From NCBI GenBank assembly GCA_964399035.1, contig CAYNPH010000037.1, positions 4,681-68,680 on the forward strand: 64,000 bases of DNA, in the 5' to 3' direction. Positions 37,123 through 45,244 of the stretch are shown here, one piece after another. Origin of the DNA: an uncultured Desulfurococcaceae archaeon (GTDB lineage: Archaea > Thermoproteota > Thermoprotei_A > Sulfolobales > NBVN01). Positions within the stretch are counted from its first letter, which is position 1. Every line of letters begins with the position of its first letter. The position numbers were made by a program, and so were the translations under genes. The notes below the pieces were generated by a model, which was given only the letters and a program-made list of their open reading frames with translations, did no database searches and was not told the origin of the DNA.

Positions 37123-37900
37123 GGACCTGTGGTTCAGGTACGGTGCCCCGGCCAATAAGGGGTACGTGTTGAGAGGCGTTTCACTAAGGGTCGATTGCTG
37201 CGTCGCTTGCCTACTAGGCCCTAACGGCGCCGGGAAGACCACGCTCATGAAGTGCGTTGTGGGTATCCTAAAGCCGGAGCGAGGGTGTGTGATGCTTGAA
37301 GGTCAGAGCATCACGGACATGGACTGCAGGTCAAGAGCCAGGTTAGTTTCCTACGTACCGCAGGAATTCACAGTTAAGTTCCCCTACACTGCATTCGAGG
37401 TCGTGTTGATGGGTAGGAACCCCTACGTAAACACCCTGCAGGGCCCGCGGGCTGAGGACGAGGCTAAGGCGCGTGAGGCCCTCAAGGCCCTAGGTGTGGA
37501 GCACTTAGCGGAGAAACCCTTCACGTCACTCAGCGGCGGGGAGAAGAGGTTAATCCTCATAGCTAGGGCACTCGCACAGGATGCTAAGCTACTAGTCCTA
37601 GATGAGCCAACATCGTTCCTCGACTACAGGAATAAGATAGTGGCGTTGGAAACCTTAAGGAGGGTGTCTCGACGCTTCAGTAAACCAGCCCTCATATCGC
37701 TCCACGACCCAAACCTAGCGCTACTATTCTGCGATGAGGTCTTCCTAATGAAGGACGGGGAAATAGTCGCTAAGGGCAAGCCCGAGGAAGTCGTGACGAG
37801 GAACAACATAAGGCGCGTTTACGGCATTAAGGTGAGGGAACTACGCGTTAACGGTTGCAAACTAATAGCCCCGGAGAACGCCCTATTCGGTGCGACGTAG
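37109..37900 (+). CDS. Type II ABC importer ATPase
   Basis: GPNGAGKTT, LSGGEKR, ARALAQ, LVLDEPTSFLD, SLHDPN. Confidence 0.93.
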   Translation: MLEVKDLWFRYGAPANKGYVLRGVSLRVDCCVACLLGPNGAGKTTLMKCVVGILKPERGCVMLEGQSITDMDCRSRARLVSYVPQEFTVKFPYTAFEVVLMGRNPYVNTLQGPRAEDEAKAREALKALGVEHLAEKPFTSLSGGEKRLILIARALAQDAKLLVLDEPTSFLDYRNKIVALETLRRVSRRFSKPALISLHDPNLALLFCDEVFLMKDGEIVAKGKPEEVVTRNNIRRVYGIKVRELRVNGCKLIAPENALFGAT

Positions 37901-38017
37901 TCTAACCCCGTCTTACCGAGGTTAAGGCAACGATCTCCTCACGCCCACTAAAAGTGTCAGGAGGTAATTAGCGACGGTTCACACCCATAACTATAAAAAT
38001 ATCACTACGGCAGGACC

Positions 38018-38716
38018 TTACCTTATCAACCAGTTGTAGTAGCACTTTCTGTGAGCTACGTTCCTTGCGAAGCTCTCCTCAACGTAGTTGATTACTGCCT
38101 CAATGTACCTTAATCCCTTAGCTGGCGATGCTTTGAGGGGATTTCCGGCAACCCCGTAGCGGCGTGGGTCCCCGCACTCCCGGTAGAATTCTAGGTTCTT
38201 AACGAGGGTACTGTCTATAGCCATTATCATGCTTGTCTCCCACTCACCAGCGTGCTTGTCTGAGTCGGTATCCACTAGTTGCAGGTCCTTAAGTATTCGC
38301 GATACGTGGAAAACATTTATTATGGTGCCCCAGCCCCGGCAGAGGTTGTCGCAGACCTCAACGACAACTTCCTTCATTTCAGGGCCACCGTGCCCCATAA
38401 TCACTATGAATTCCTTCTGGCCAAATGATATGAAGTGCTCGAGGATAGACCTTAAGTACTCCTTAAGTACTCTGGACGGTACGTGCACGTTCCCGGGCCT
38501 TACGGGTACGGTGACCGTGTAGGTGATGGGTGGGAGGGAGACCCACTTATTCCTCTCCGCTAGCTTATCAGCTATGAAGCTGGCGATGATCGTGTCGGTG
38601 CTCACGGGGAGGTGTAGGCCGTGTCCTTCCGTGGAACCCACGGGGAGCACTAGGGGCCCTCCGCCCTTGCCTATGTACTCCTTAAGCTCCACCCACGTTA
38701 GGTTGCGGGGATACAT
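38018..38716 (-). CDS. Creatininase-family amidohydrolase
   Basis: LPVGSTEGHGLHLP..TD, GHGG, HAGEWETS. Confidence 0.85.
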   Translation of the reverse strand: MYPRNLTWVELKEYIGKGGGPLVLPVGSTEGHGLHLPVSTDTIIASFIADKLAERNKWVSLPPITYTVTVPVRPGNVHVPSRVLKEYLRSILEHFISFGQKEFIVIMGHGGPEMKEVVVEVCDNLCRGWGTIINVFHVSRILKDLQLVDTDSDKHAGEWETSMIMAIDSTLVKNLEFYRECGDPRRYGVAGNPLKASPAKGLRYIEAVINYVEESFARNVAHRKCYYNWLIR

Positions 38717-38810
38717 GCGGGGCGAACCCGCTAATATCTACGCGTATGGAAGTATTAACGACTCCGCCCAAACATTAAGACCCTTCTTCAGCGTGTGGAA
38801 AGACCCTCCC

Positions 38811-39614
38811 TCAGGTCACCCGCTTCAGAGGCACCCTAAGTAACTCCCTATACGCGCATGCCTGCGCCTGAGTAACCTCGTCAACAGCTTCAGCAAGCTC
38901 GCTTAAGCTACCCACGCCCGCCGTGACGGCCACGTACCCTTCCTCCGTTAAGTCAAGCCTAGCGTAGTGCCTGCTACACCTCCTCACCGCCTCAGCCATT
39001 ACGTTTAATAGTGCTACGTCACCCAAGCTATTGCTGAATATTCCTAACGCTTCACCCTCAACATGCGCACCGTAATCCTCAACGTAGATGGTCACAGCGG
39101 ATCTGTAGGGGTACACATCCATAAGCTTGCACGCCGTGACCACCCTAACACCGTCATCTAAGGGGGTCGCCACCAAGTACCCCCTAGACCCAAGCATGCC
39201 TACAACATCCTTCAAGCCCTCATCAATGACGTGCTCCTTAACCCTAACCCCGCACTGCTCCCTGAACTCCCCAGCCAACCCAGGAACCCTCTGCACGGGG
39301 TCAACGATCACGCCAACCCTAGCCACGGGAGTGTATGCATGCGTAACCCCGTAGAACAGGCATAGGGATCTCTCAGGAGGCCAGTAGTACGCGAAACCCT
39401 TAGCCACACGGGCGTCGAGTTCCTCGTTGCTTAACTCGAGCTTAATGGGTGTGGAGAGGTATACCTCCTGCTTCCACGCAACCGCAACCGACTCAAAAGG
39501 TAATGCGGGCTTAAACCTGTTAACTAAGCCCTCATCAACGGCCACGACAACCGAGTAAGGCTCTTCAAGGGACTCAACCTCAATAAGCATGATAACCCCT
39601 ATATCATAGCACAC
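38811..39614 (-). CDS. Cyclophilin-like-fold protein (TM1367/AF2241-like) with C-terminal extension
   Basis: WKQEVYLSTP, YYWPPERSLCLFYG..TP pattern of the cyclophilin-like family. Confidence 0.6.
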   Translation of the reverse strand: MCYDIGVIMLIEVESLEEPYSVVVAVDEGLVNRFKPALPFESVAVAWKQEVYLSTPIKLELSNEELDARVAKGFAYYWPPERSLCLFYGVTHAYTPVARVGVIVDPVQRVPGLAGEFREQCGVRVKEHVIDEGLKDVVGMLGSRGYLVATPLDDGVRVVTACKLMDVYPYRSAVTIYVEDYGAHVEGEALGIFSNSLGDVALLNVMAEAVRRCSRHYARLDLTEEGYVAVTAGVGSLSELAEAVDEVTQAQACAYRELLRVPLKRVT

Positions 39615-39770
39615 CTTAGGGTTTAATGACTTTAATCCAAACTAAGCTAAGCCTAGAGCGCCTTGAGAGGGCCCTCCCTAATCCTATAATAAATATTAAG
39701 CAAACATACTGGGAACTAAGGGCTCGGCACCGCTAATCCTTTGGGAAGAAAATGGGTTTGTTCCCGTGGT

Positions 39771-40697
39771 TTACACGCCTAGCACTTCCTTGATTAGGGC
39801 TGCCCTCACGAACATTCCGTTTCTTGCTTGCTCGAAGTACCTTGCCTGCGGCAACTCATCCACGCTGGGGTCGAGTTCCCATACCCTTGGTAGTGGGTGC
39901 ATTATGACTGGTATGTGCTTGAATTTCTTGAGGTAGGCTGCGTCTATCTTGTAGCTTCCTTTGAGCCTCTCATACTCTGCTGGGTCCTTGAAGCGCTCCT
40001 TCTGTAGCCTCGTGACGTAGAGGACGTCTAGCTTCTCGATGACCTCTGAGAGGTCATTGACTAGGTGGTACTCGACCTTGCCTTCAATGTTCTTGAGCAC
40101 TTCCTCCCTTATCTGGAGGGCCTGCGGGGCTATGTAGTATATCGTTACGTCCTTGAACTTCGAGAGCGCGTATGATAGGCTGCTTGGCGTCCTGCCGTAC
40201 TTTAGGTCACCCATTATGCCCACGGTTAACCCGTCTATTCTCCCGAACTCCCTCCACATGGTGTAGACGTCTAGGAGAGCTTGGGTTGGGTGCTCGTGCG
40301 GGCCGTCGCCAGCGTTGATTATCGGCGCCCTAATCATTGGGGCTATCTGCTCTGGGAAGCCTGGCTTGCTCTGCCTCAGGACTATTACGTCGGGGTCGTA
40401 CCCGTCAATTATTCTAAGGGTGTCGACGTCAGTCTCTCCTTTAGCGAGGCTTGACCTGCTCACGTCGAAGTCAATTACCCTACCACCGAGCTTAACCATG
40501 GCGAACGTGAAGCTCAGCTTCGTCCTGGTGCTGGGTTCTAGGAACACCGTAGCCATTATCTTGCCCCTAGCGTAGTCGAGAATACCTTTCTCCCTGATCT
40601 CCTCGCGGAGCCTCTCAGCTAGGTTGAATAGCCTGAGTAGGTCCTCGCGAGTGAATTGAAGTGCGGATATTATGTCGTGACCTTTTAACGTGCCCAC
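39771..40697 (-). CDS. pyrB: Aspartate carbamoyltransferase catalytic subunit
   Basis: FLEPSTRT, SLAKGET, HEHPTQALLD, GDLKYGRT, TRLQKER, MHPLPR: carbamoyl-phosphate and aspartate residues all present. Confidence 0.93.
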   Translation of the reverse strand: MGTLKGHDIISALQFTREDLLRLFNLAERLREEIREKGILDYARGKIMATVFLEPSTRTKLSFTFAMVKLGGRVIDFDVSRSSLAKGETDVDTLRIIDGYDPDVIVLRQSKPGFPEQIAPMIRAPIINAGDGPHEHPTQALLDVYTMWREFGRIDGLTVGIMGDLKYGRTPSSLSYALSKFKDVTIYYIAPQALQIREEVLKNIEGKVEYHLVNDLSEVIEKLDVLYVTRLQKERFKDPAEYERLKGSYKIDAAYLKKFKHIPVIMHPLPRVWELDPSVDELPQARYFEQARNGMFVRAALIKEVLGV

Positions 40698-40784
40698 TGC
40701 CTCACACCTCCTGATCGGGTTCAGCTCCTCTTTTGGAAGGGACCCGAATACAGGTTTTGTCTTGAAAAATAAATTTTACCTGAT

Positions 40785-41276
40785 TCACGCTTTACCGCCA
40801 CTAATCTTTTCCGCCGCACGCTTAATTGCCTTAATGATGTTCACGTAGCCCGTACACCTGCAGAGATTACCCCTCACGTACTCCCTAATCATCTCCTCAC
40901 TCGGATTCCTTATCTCCTCGAGGAGCCTCTTAGCAACCAGTATGAAGCCCGGCGTGCAGTAACCACACTGAATCGCCCCCTCCTCTATGAAGGCCTCCTG
41001 CACAGGGTGCAGCTTACCGTCCTTAGCCAAGCCCTCAACGGTGGTTACCTCCCTACCATCTACCTCGACGGCCAGCGTAAGGCATGAGAGCACGGGCTCA
41101 CCGTCCAGTAGCACGGTGCAGGCACCGCACTCACCTATGCCGCACCCGTACTTGGGGCTGAGCACGCCTAGCCTGTCCCTTAACACGTTTATCAGTAACT
41201 CGTTGTCCTTAACCTCAATGCTTACGGGGCGCCCGTTCAGCTTGAAGTTAATTAACCTCGTGCCCACCGCGATCAC
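40785..41276 (-). CDS. Xanthine-dehydrogenase-family 2Fe-2S subunit (operon A)
   Basis: GCGIGECGACT..C, QCGYCTPG, NLCRCTGY. Confidence 0.95.
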   Translation of the reverse strand: MIAVGTRLINFKLNGRPVSIEVKDNELLINVLRDRLGVLSPKYGCGIGECGACTVLLDGEPVLSCLTLAVEVDGREVTTVEGLAKDGKLHPVQEAFIEEGAIQCGYCTPGFILVAKRLLEEIRNPSEEMIREYVRGNLCRCTGYVNIIKAIKRAAEKISGGKA

Positions 41277-42196
41277 CTCCCGAGCCTCTCCATAGCCTTC
41301 TTCAGTGCGTCAACAAGGATGACGCCTGAGACCTCCCTCCTGTACTCAGCGGTTGATCGTATGTCCGTTATTGGCTTCACCTCCGTCCTCACTATCTTGG
41401 CTGCCTCCCACATGACGTCCTCCGTGAGTTCCTTGCCCTTCAGGAACTCCTCGGTCTTGTACGCCCTTATCGGTGTTGGGGCTACCGACCCTAACGCCAC
41501 CTTAACGTCCTCCACGACACCGTCACTCATTCTTAGTGCGACAGCTATGTTTACCTTCGCCAGGTCCATCGCGACCCTAGCTATCTTTATGAACGCCGAG
41601 CCCGTGGGCTTAACGGGCTTAGGTATCCTCACCTCAACTAGGAGTTCGTTGCGTGCCATCACGGTCTTGCCGGGGCCGGTGAAGAACTCCGTTATCGGGA
41701 CTACCCTCCTGCCGTTGGGGCCAGCGATAACTACCTCCGCCTCGAAGACCAGTAGCGGTGGAGCGGTGTCCGCTGCTGGAGACGCGTTACATAAGTTACC
41801 GCCTATGGTTCCCATGTTCCTTATCTGCACTCCAGCCATTGACCTAACGGCCTCGTAAAGCGCCGTGAATAATTCCTTAATGATGCTGGACTTCTCTAGG
41901 GCCCTTAGCTTCGTTGCTGCCCCTATGGCTACGTGGTCCCCGCGGTCCTCGACGTAGTTGAGTTCCTTGATCCTGTTTATGCTGATTAGGTACTTGGGTC
42001 TGAGCACGCCCTGCTTCATCCTCACTAGGAGGTCCGTGCCTCCCGCCAGCACCTTGGCTTCCTCGCCGTACTTGCTGAGCAGTTCGATTGCTTCCTCAAT
42101 GGTTCTCGGTGCTAGGTACTTGAACTCGGGGAGTATGTGTGTGTTGGCTTTGTTCGGGTCTAGCTTGGGTCCGGGTGACTTGAGCACCTTACTCAC
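41273..42196 (-). CDS. Xanthine-dehydrogenase-family FAD subunit (operon A)
   Basis: AGGTDL, RNMGTIGGNLCNASPAAD, DIRSTAEYR. Confidence 0.95.
   Translation of the reverse strand: MSKVLKSPGPKLDPNKANTHILPEFKYLAPRTIEEAIELLSKYGEEAKVLAGGTDLLVRMKQGVLRPKYLISINRIKELNYVEDRGDHVAIGAATKLRALEKSSIIKELFTALYEAVRSMAGVQIRNMGTIGGNLCNASPAADTAPPLLVFEAEVVIAGPNGRRVVPITEFFTGPGKTVMARNELLVEVRIPKPVKPTGSAFIKIARVAMDLAKVNIAVALRMSDGVVEDVKVALGSVAPTPIRAYKTEEFLKGKELTEDVMWEAAKIVRTEVKPITDIRSTAEYRREVSGVILVDALKKAMERLGR
41906..41971 (-). repeat. 66-nt tract, inverted near-identical copy (65/66) of 47774-47839
   Basis: Reverse complement reads atcaaggaactcaactacgtcgaggaccgcggggaccacgtagccataggggcagcaacgaagcta. Confidence 0.9.
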
Positions 42197-44570
42197 CCCC
42201 TTCCTTCTCCTTAAGGGCTTTGAGGATCTTTTCAGGTGTTATGGGTAGTTCGTAGAACCTCACCCCTAACGCGTTGTAGATGGCGTTGGCGACGGCGCCG
42301 GCGACAGGGTTCAGCGCTGACTCTCCTAAGCCCTTAGCGCCGTAAGGCCCTGTGGGCTCGTAGGTCGAGGCGAATATCACCTGGAAGTTCTCTAGGCTCG
42401 GCATGTCCTGAGCCGTCAGTATCTTGTAGTCAGTTATGTACCCCCTACACGCTAACTCGCCTGTTCTGGGGTCGTAGGGCGTGTCCTCAAGTACGGTCAT
42501 GCCCCAGCCCTGCGCGAAGCCGCCGTGCAGCTGCCCGGCAGCTAGGTCCGGGTTTACGACGGTGCCTACGTCGGCACCCGCAACGACCCTCACGGGCCTG
42601 ACTCTGCCCGTCCACGTGTCGACCTCGACCTCAACGAAGTATACGGTGTACGCTGGCGGTGAGTTGGTTGCTCTGTAGGAAACGACCGCCGCTATCGAGC
42701 CCCAGTTCCTCTGCCACGCCTCCCTAGCGACCTCACCCACCGTTATCTTCTTGTCCGGCATCCCCTCAACGTAGATAACTCCCTGCCCTAACTTCTCGTC
42801 AGGCTTGATGGTGAGTGCCTCCGGGTTGACCACGTCACCTAATAGCCTGACCGCGTACTCCAGTAACTTCTTCTTAACTATCTGTGCTGCGCGCCTCGCG
42901 GCCTCACCGCCCACGTAAGTGCCTCTCGAGGCGTGGGTGCAGACGTCGTAGACTGTTGTCTTCGTGTCTGCCCACACGATGTTGACTTTGTCGAGCGGTA
43001 CGCCCAGTTCCTCGGCGATTATCTTTGCGTGGGCCTCTAAGGTACCGCCTCCATGGTCCTGTAGCGCCGTTATGTAGTCGACGCTGCCGTCCTCATTCAC
43101 CTTCAGAATGCAGCCTGTGTAGTCGATGACCTCGCCGGAGATCTTACCGCCGGCACCCGAGGTGTGGAAGCCCCTGCCCATACCTATGCCGCGCCTATAC
43201 CTGCCCTTCTGTTCGCCGGGCTTCGGCCTCTTACTCCACCCTATGAGTTCCGCGCCCTTCCTCATTAACTCAGGTACGCCATCACTCTTCACTATGGACT
43301 TAACGGTGGGTCCTTGACCCCAGAACAAGTCGCCCCTACCGACGTAGTTCTTGAGCCTGAACTCGATGGGGTCGATACCTAGGGCCTCAGCCAGCTCGTC
43401 AATTATGGTTTCCACTGCCCACGTTATCTGCGGGTTGCCGTACCCTCTGAAGGCACAGGACGGCACCTTATTCGTGTATACCGCCACTCCCCTATACCTA
43501 ATATTCTTCCACTTGTATAGGGAGACAAACCAGCCTAGCAGGCACCCTAGCAACGGGTACGCCTGGATCTGATGCCCGCCTATGTCCATCACGTTCTCCA
43601 GCTCGCCAGCAATGATCGTGCCGTCCTTCTTGGCCGCGACCTTGAGCCTGAAGTACATCTGGTACGCGCAGTGGTCCATCATGTCCTCTTCACGGGTCAG
43701 CGCTATCTTGACGGGCCTCCCCGCCTTCAGGGCGAGCGCTACCGCCACTAACGTCACTAGGTTGGTCTGAATGCTTGAGCCGAAGGACCCGCCTATGGGT
43801 AGCTTAACGACGTTTATCTTGCTCTCAGGTATGTCGAAGACCTGCGAAATCAATATCCTAGTGTTATGGATTGTTTGGGTGGTTGTCCATACGGTCACCC
43901 CTCCGTCGGGCTCCGGCCTAGCCACGGCTACCTTGGGCTCTAACTGCATGTGGTACCTCCTGTTAGTCCTGAATTCCCTCTCAATCACGACGTCGGCTTC
44001 CCTGAAGGCTTTCTCGATGTCGCCTTCGTCGTAGTTCAGCGTGCACGCTACGTTATTCTTAACCTCAACCTCCTTACTACCAAATAATATTCTATCATGT
44101 ATTTTGGGAGCGCCCTCCTTACGGGCCTCGAAGGGATCTAGGACGTGCGGGAGAACCTCCCACTCAACCTTAATAGCTTCTAACGCCTTCTGCGCTAGCT
44201 CCTCGGTCTCGGCCGCGACGGCCGCCACGTACTCACCGACGTATTTGGGGTGGTCGGTGAGGACTTCCCAGTCCTTGTAGTTCACCCTGTCCACGCTGAC
44301 GAGCCTAATGTTGAACTTCTTCTTTGGGACGTCCTTGAACGTTATTACGACAGCCCCGAGCTTCTCTGCCTCGCTGGTGTCTATGCTCTTGACGCGGGCG
44401 TGTGGGTAAGGACTCTTCAGGATCCTCCCGTAAAGCATTCCCGGCAGGTTAATGTCGTACGCGTACAGCGCCTTCCCAGTTACCTTAGCCACGCCGTCCT
44501 TCCTAGGGGTCTTCTTACCTATGTACCTAAGCTCCGTAACCTCAGAAGAACAGCTGGGCAATGATACCAC
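42189..44570 (-). CDS. Xanthine-dehydrogenase-family molybdopterin-binding subunit (operon A)
   Basis: KVTGKALY, RSPYPHA-like KSPYPHA, GGSFG, AFRGYGNPQ, DPIEFRLKN, HASRGT, GQLHGG, GAKGLGE (catalytic Glu). Confidence 0.95.
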   Translation of the reverse strand: MVSLPSCSSEVTELRYIGKKTPRKDGVAKVTGKALYAYDINLPGMLYGRILKSPYPHARVKSIDTSEAEKLGAVVITFKDVPKKKFNIRLVSVDRVNYKDWEVLTDHPKYVGEYVAAVAAETEELAQKALEAIKVEWEVLPHVLDPFEARKEGAPKIHDRILFGSKEVEVKNNVACTLNYDEGDIEKAFREADVVIEREFRTNRRYHMQLEPKVAVARPEPDGGVTVWTTTQTIHNTRILISQVFDIPESKINVVKLPIGGSFGSSIQTNLVTLVAVALALKAGRPVKIALTREEDMMDHCAYQMYFRLKVAAKKDGTIIAGELENVMDIGGHQIQAYPLLGCLLGWFVSLYKWKNIRYRGVAVYTNKVPSCAFRGYGNPQITWAVETIIDELAEALGIDPIEFRLKNYVGRGDLFWGQGPTVKSIVKSDGVPELMRKGAELIGWSKRPKPGEQKGRYRRGIGMGRGFHTSGAGGKISGEVIDYTGCILKVNEDGSVDYITALQDHGGGTLEAHAKIIAEELGVPLDKVNIVWADTKTTVYDVCTHASRGTYVGGEAARRAAQIVKKKLLEYAVRLLGDVVNPEALTIKPDEKLGQGVIYVEGMPDKKITVGEVAREAWQRNWGSIAAVVSYRATNSPPAYTVYFVEVEVDTWTGRVRPVRVVAGADVGTVVNPDLAAGQLHGGFAQGWGMTVLEDTPYDPRTGELACRGYITDYKILTAQDMPSLENFQVIFASTYEPTGPYGAKGLGESALNPVAGAVANAIYNALGVRFYELPITPEKILKALKEKEGGE

Positions 44571-44700
44571 ACTAAAACATTTTTTGAGAGAGCAAAAAAC
44601 CTTTTACCTTAAATGAGGGCATCAACGTGTGATTAATTCGTTGACTCACGCGTAATAAGCTCCGATAACCTTGTTTCGGGGTTTAAAAAGAAAACTAAGA

Positions 44701-45009
44701 CTAATCAAACTTAACCTCACCCTCACGGGCCCTCGGCCCGTAGTCTGGGGCGAGGCCTAGGTCCCCTTCACCCTTCTTAGTAGCCAGTAGGTAGAGCCTT
44801 CCCTCAATGACGGTGGTGCCCAGCAGTACGTAGCCCTCCTTACCCAGTTCATTAACTACGTGTTGAATCCTAACCGGGGCGAAGGGATACTCGTACACCG
44901 CGACGTCCTCCGGCCGCACGCCCCGCTCCTCGGCTAGGGAGTTCACCTCCTCAATTAAGGCCTCCCTCAAGGCTTGATTGTTGAGTTCCTCAATGGTAAC
45001 GCGCTTCAT
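44701..45009 (-). CDS. Hypothetical protein (102 aa) upstream of XDH-family operon A
   Basis: ATG-started ORF with genome-typical codon use; no family recognised. Confidence 0.6.
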   Translation of the reverse strand: MKRVTIEELNNQALREALIEEVNSLAEERGVRPEDVAVYEYPFAPVRIQHVVNELGKEGYVLLGTTVIEGRLYLLATKKGEGDLGLAPDYGPRAREGEVKFD

Positions 45010-45244
45010 TCTTGGCGCCGTCCCTAATTAGGGATTAGGGGTTAAAGGCTGTTGGTTTAACTTTGTTCAAACAAGTCAGGGTTTTACATCCTCTGGTTTG
45101 TAATTACTAATAATTACACTGATTACGCGGGTGTTTAGGTACTAAATAGTCTATAATGTGTTGTTAAATATTTTATGATTGCTAAAAACTTATTTTGGAG
45201 AAGCTTTAAACTAACTCGTGTATGATAGCGCCAGGTGAAGCGAT

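Noticed and set aside
44622-44651. Hairpin TCAACG-N11-CGTTGA upstream of XDH arm A
   Set aside because: The stem is only 6 bp, there is no second copy in the window, and it is compatible with chance.
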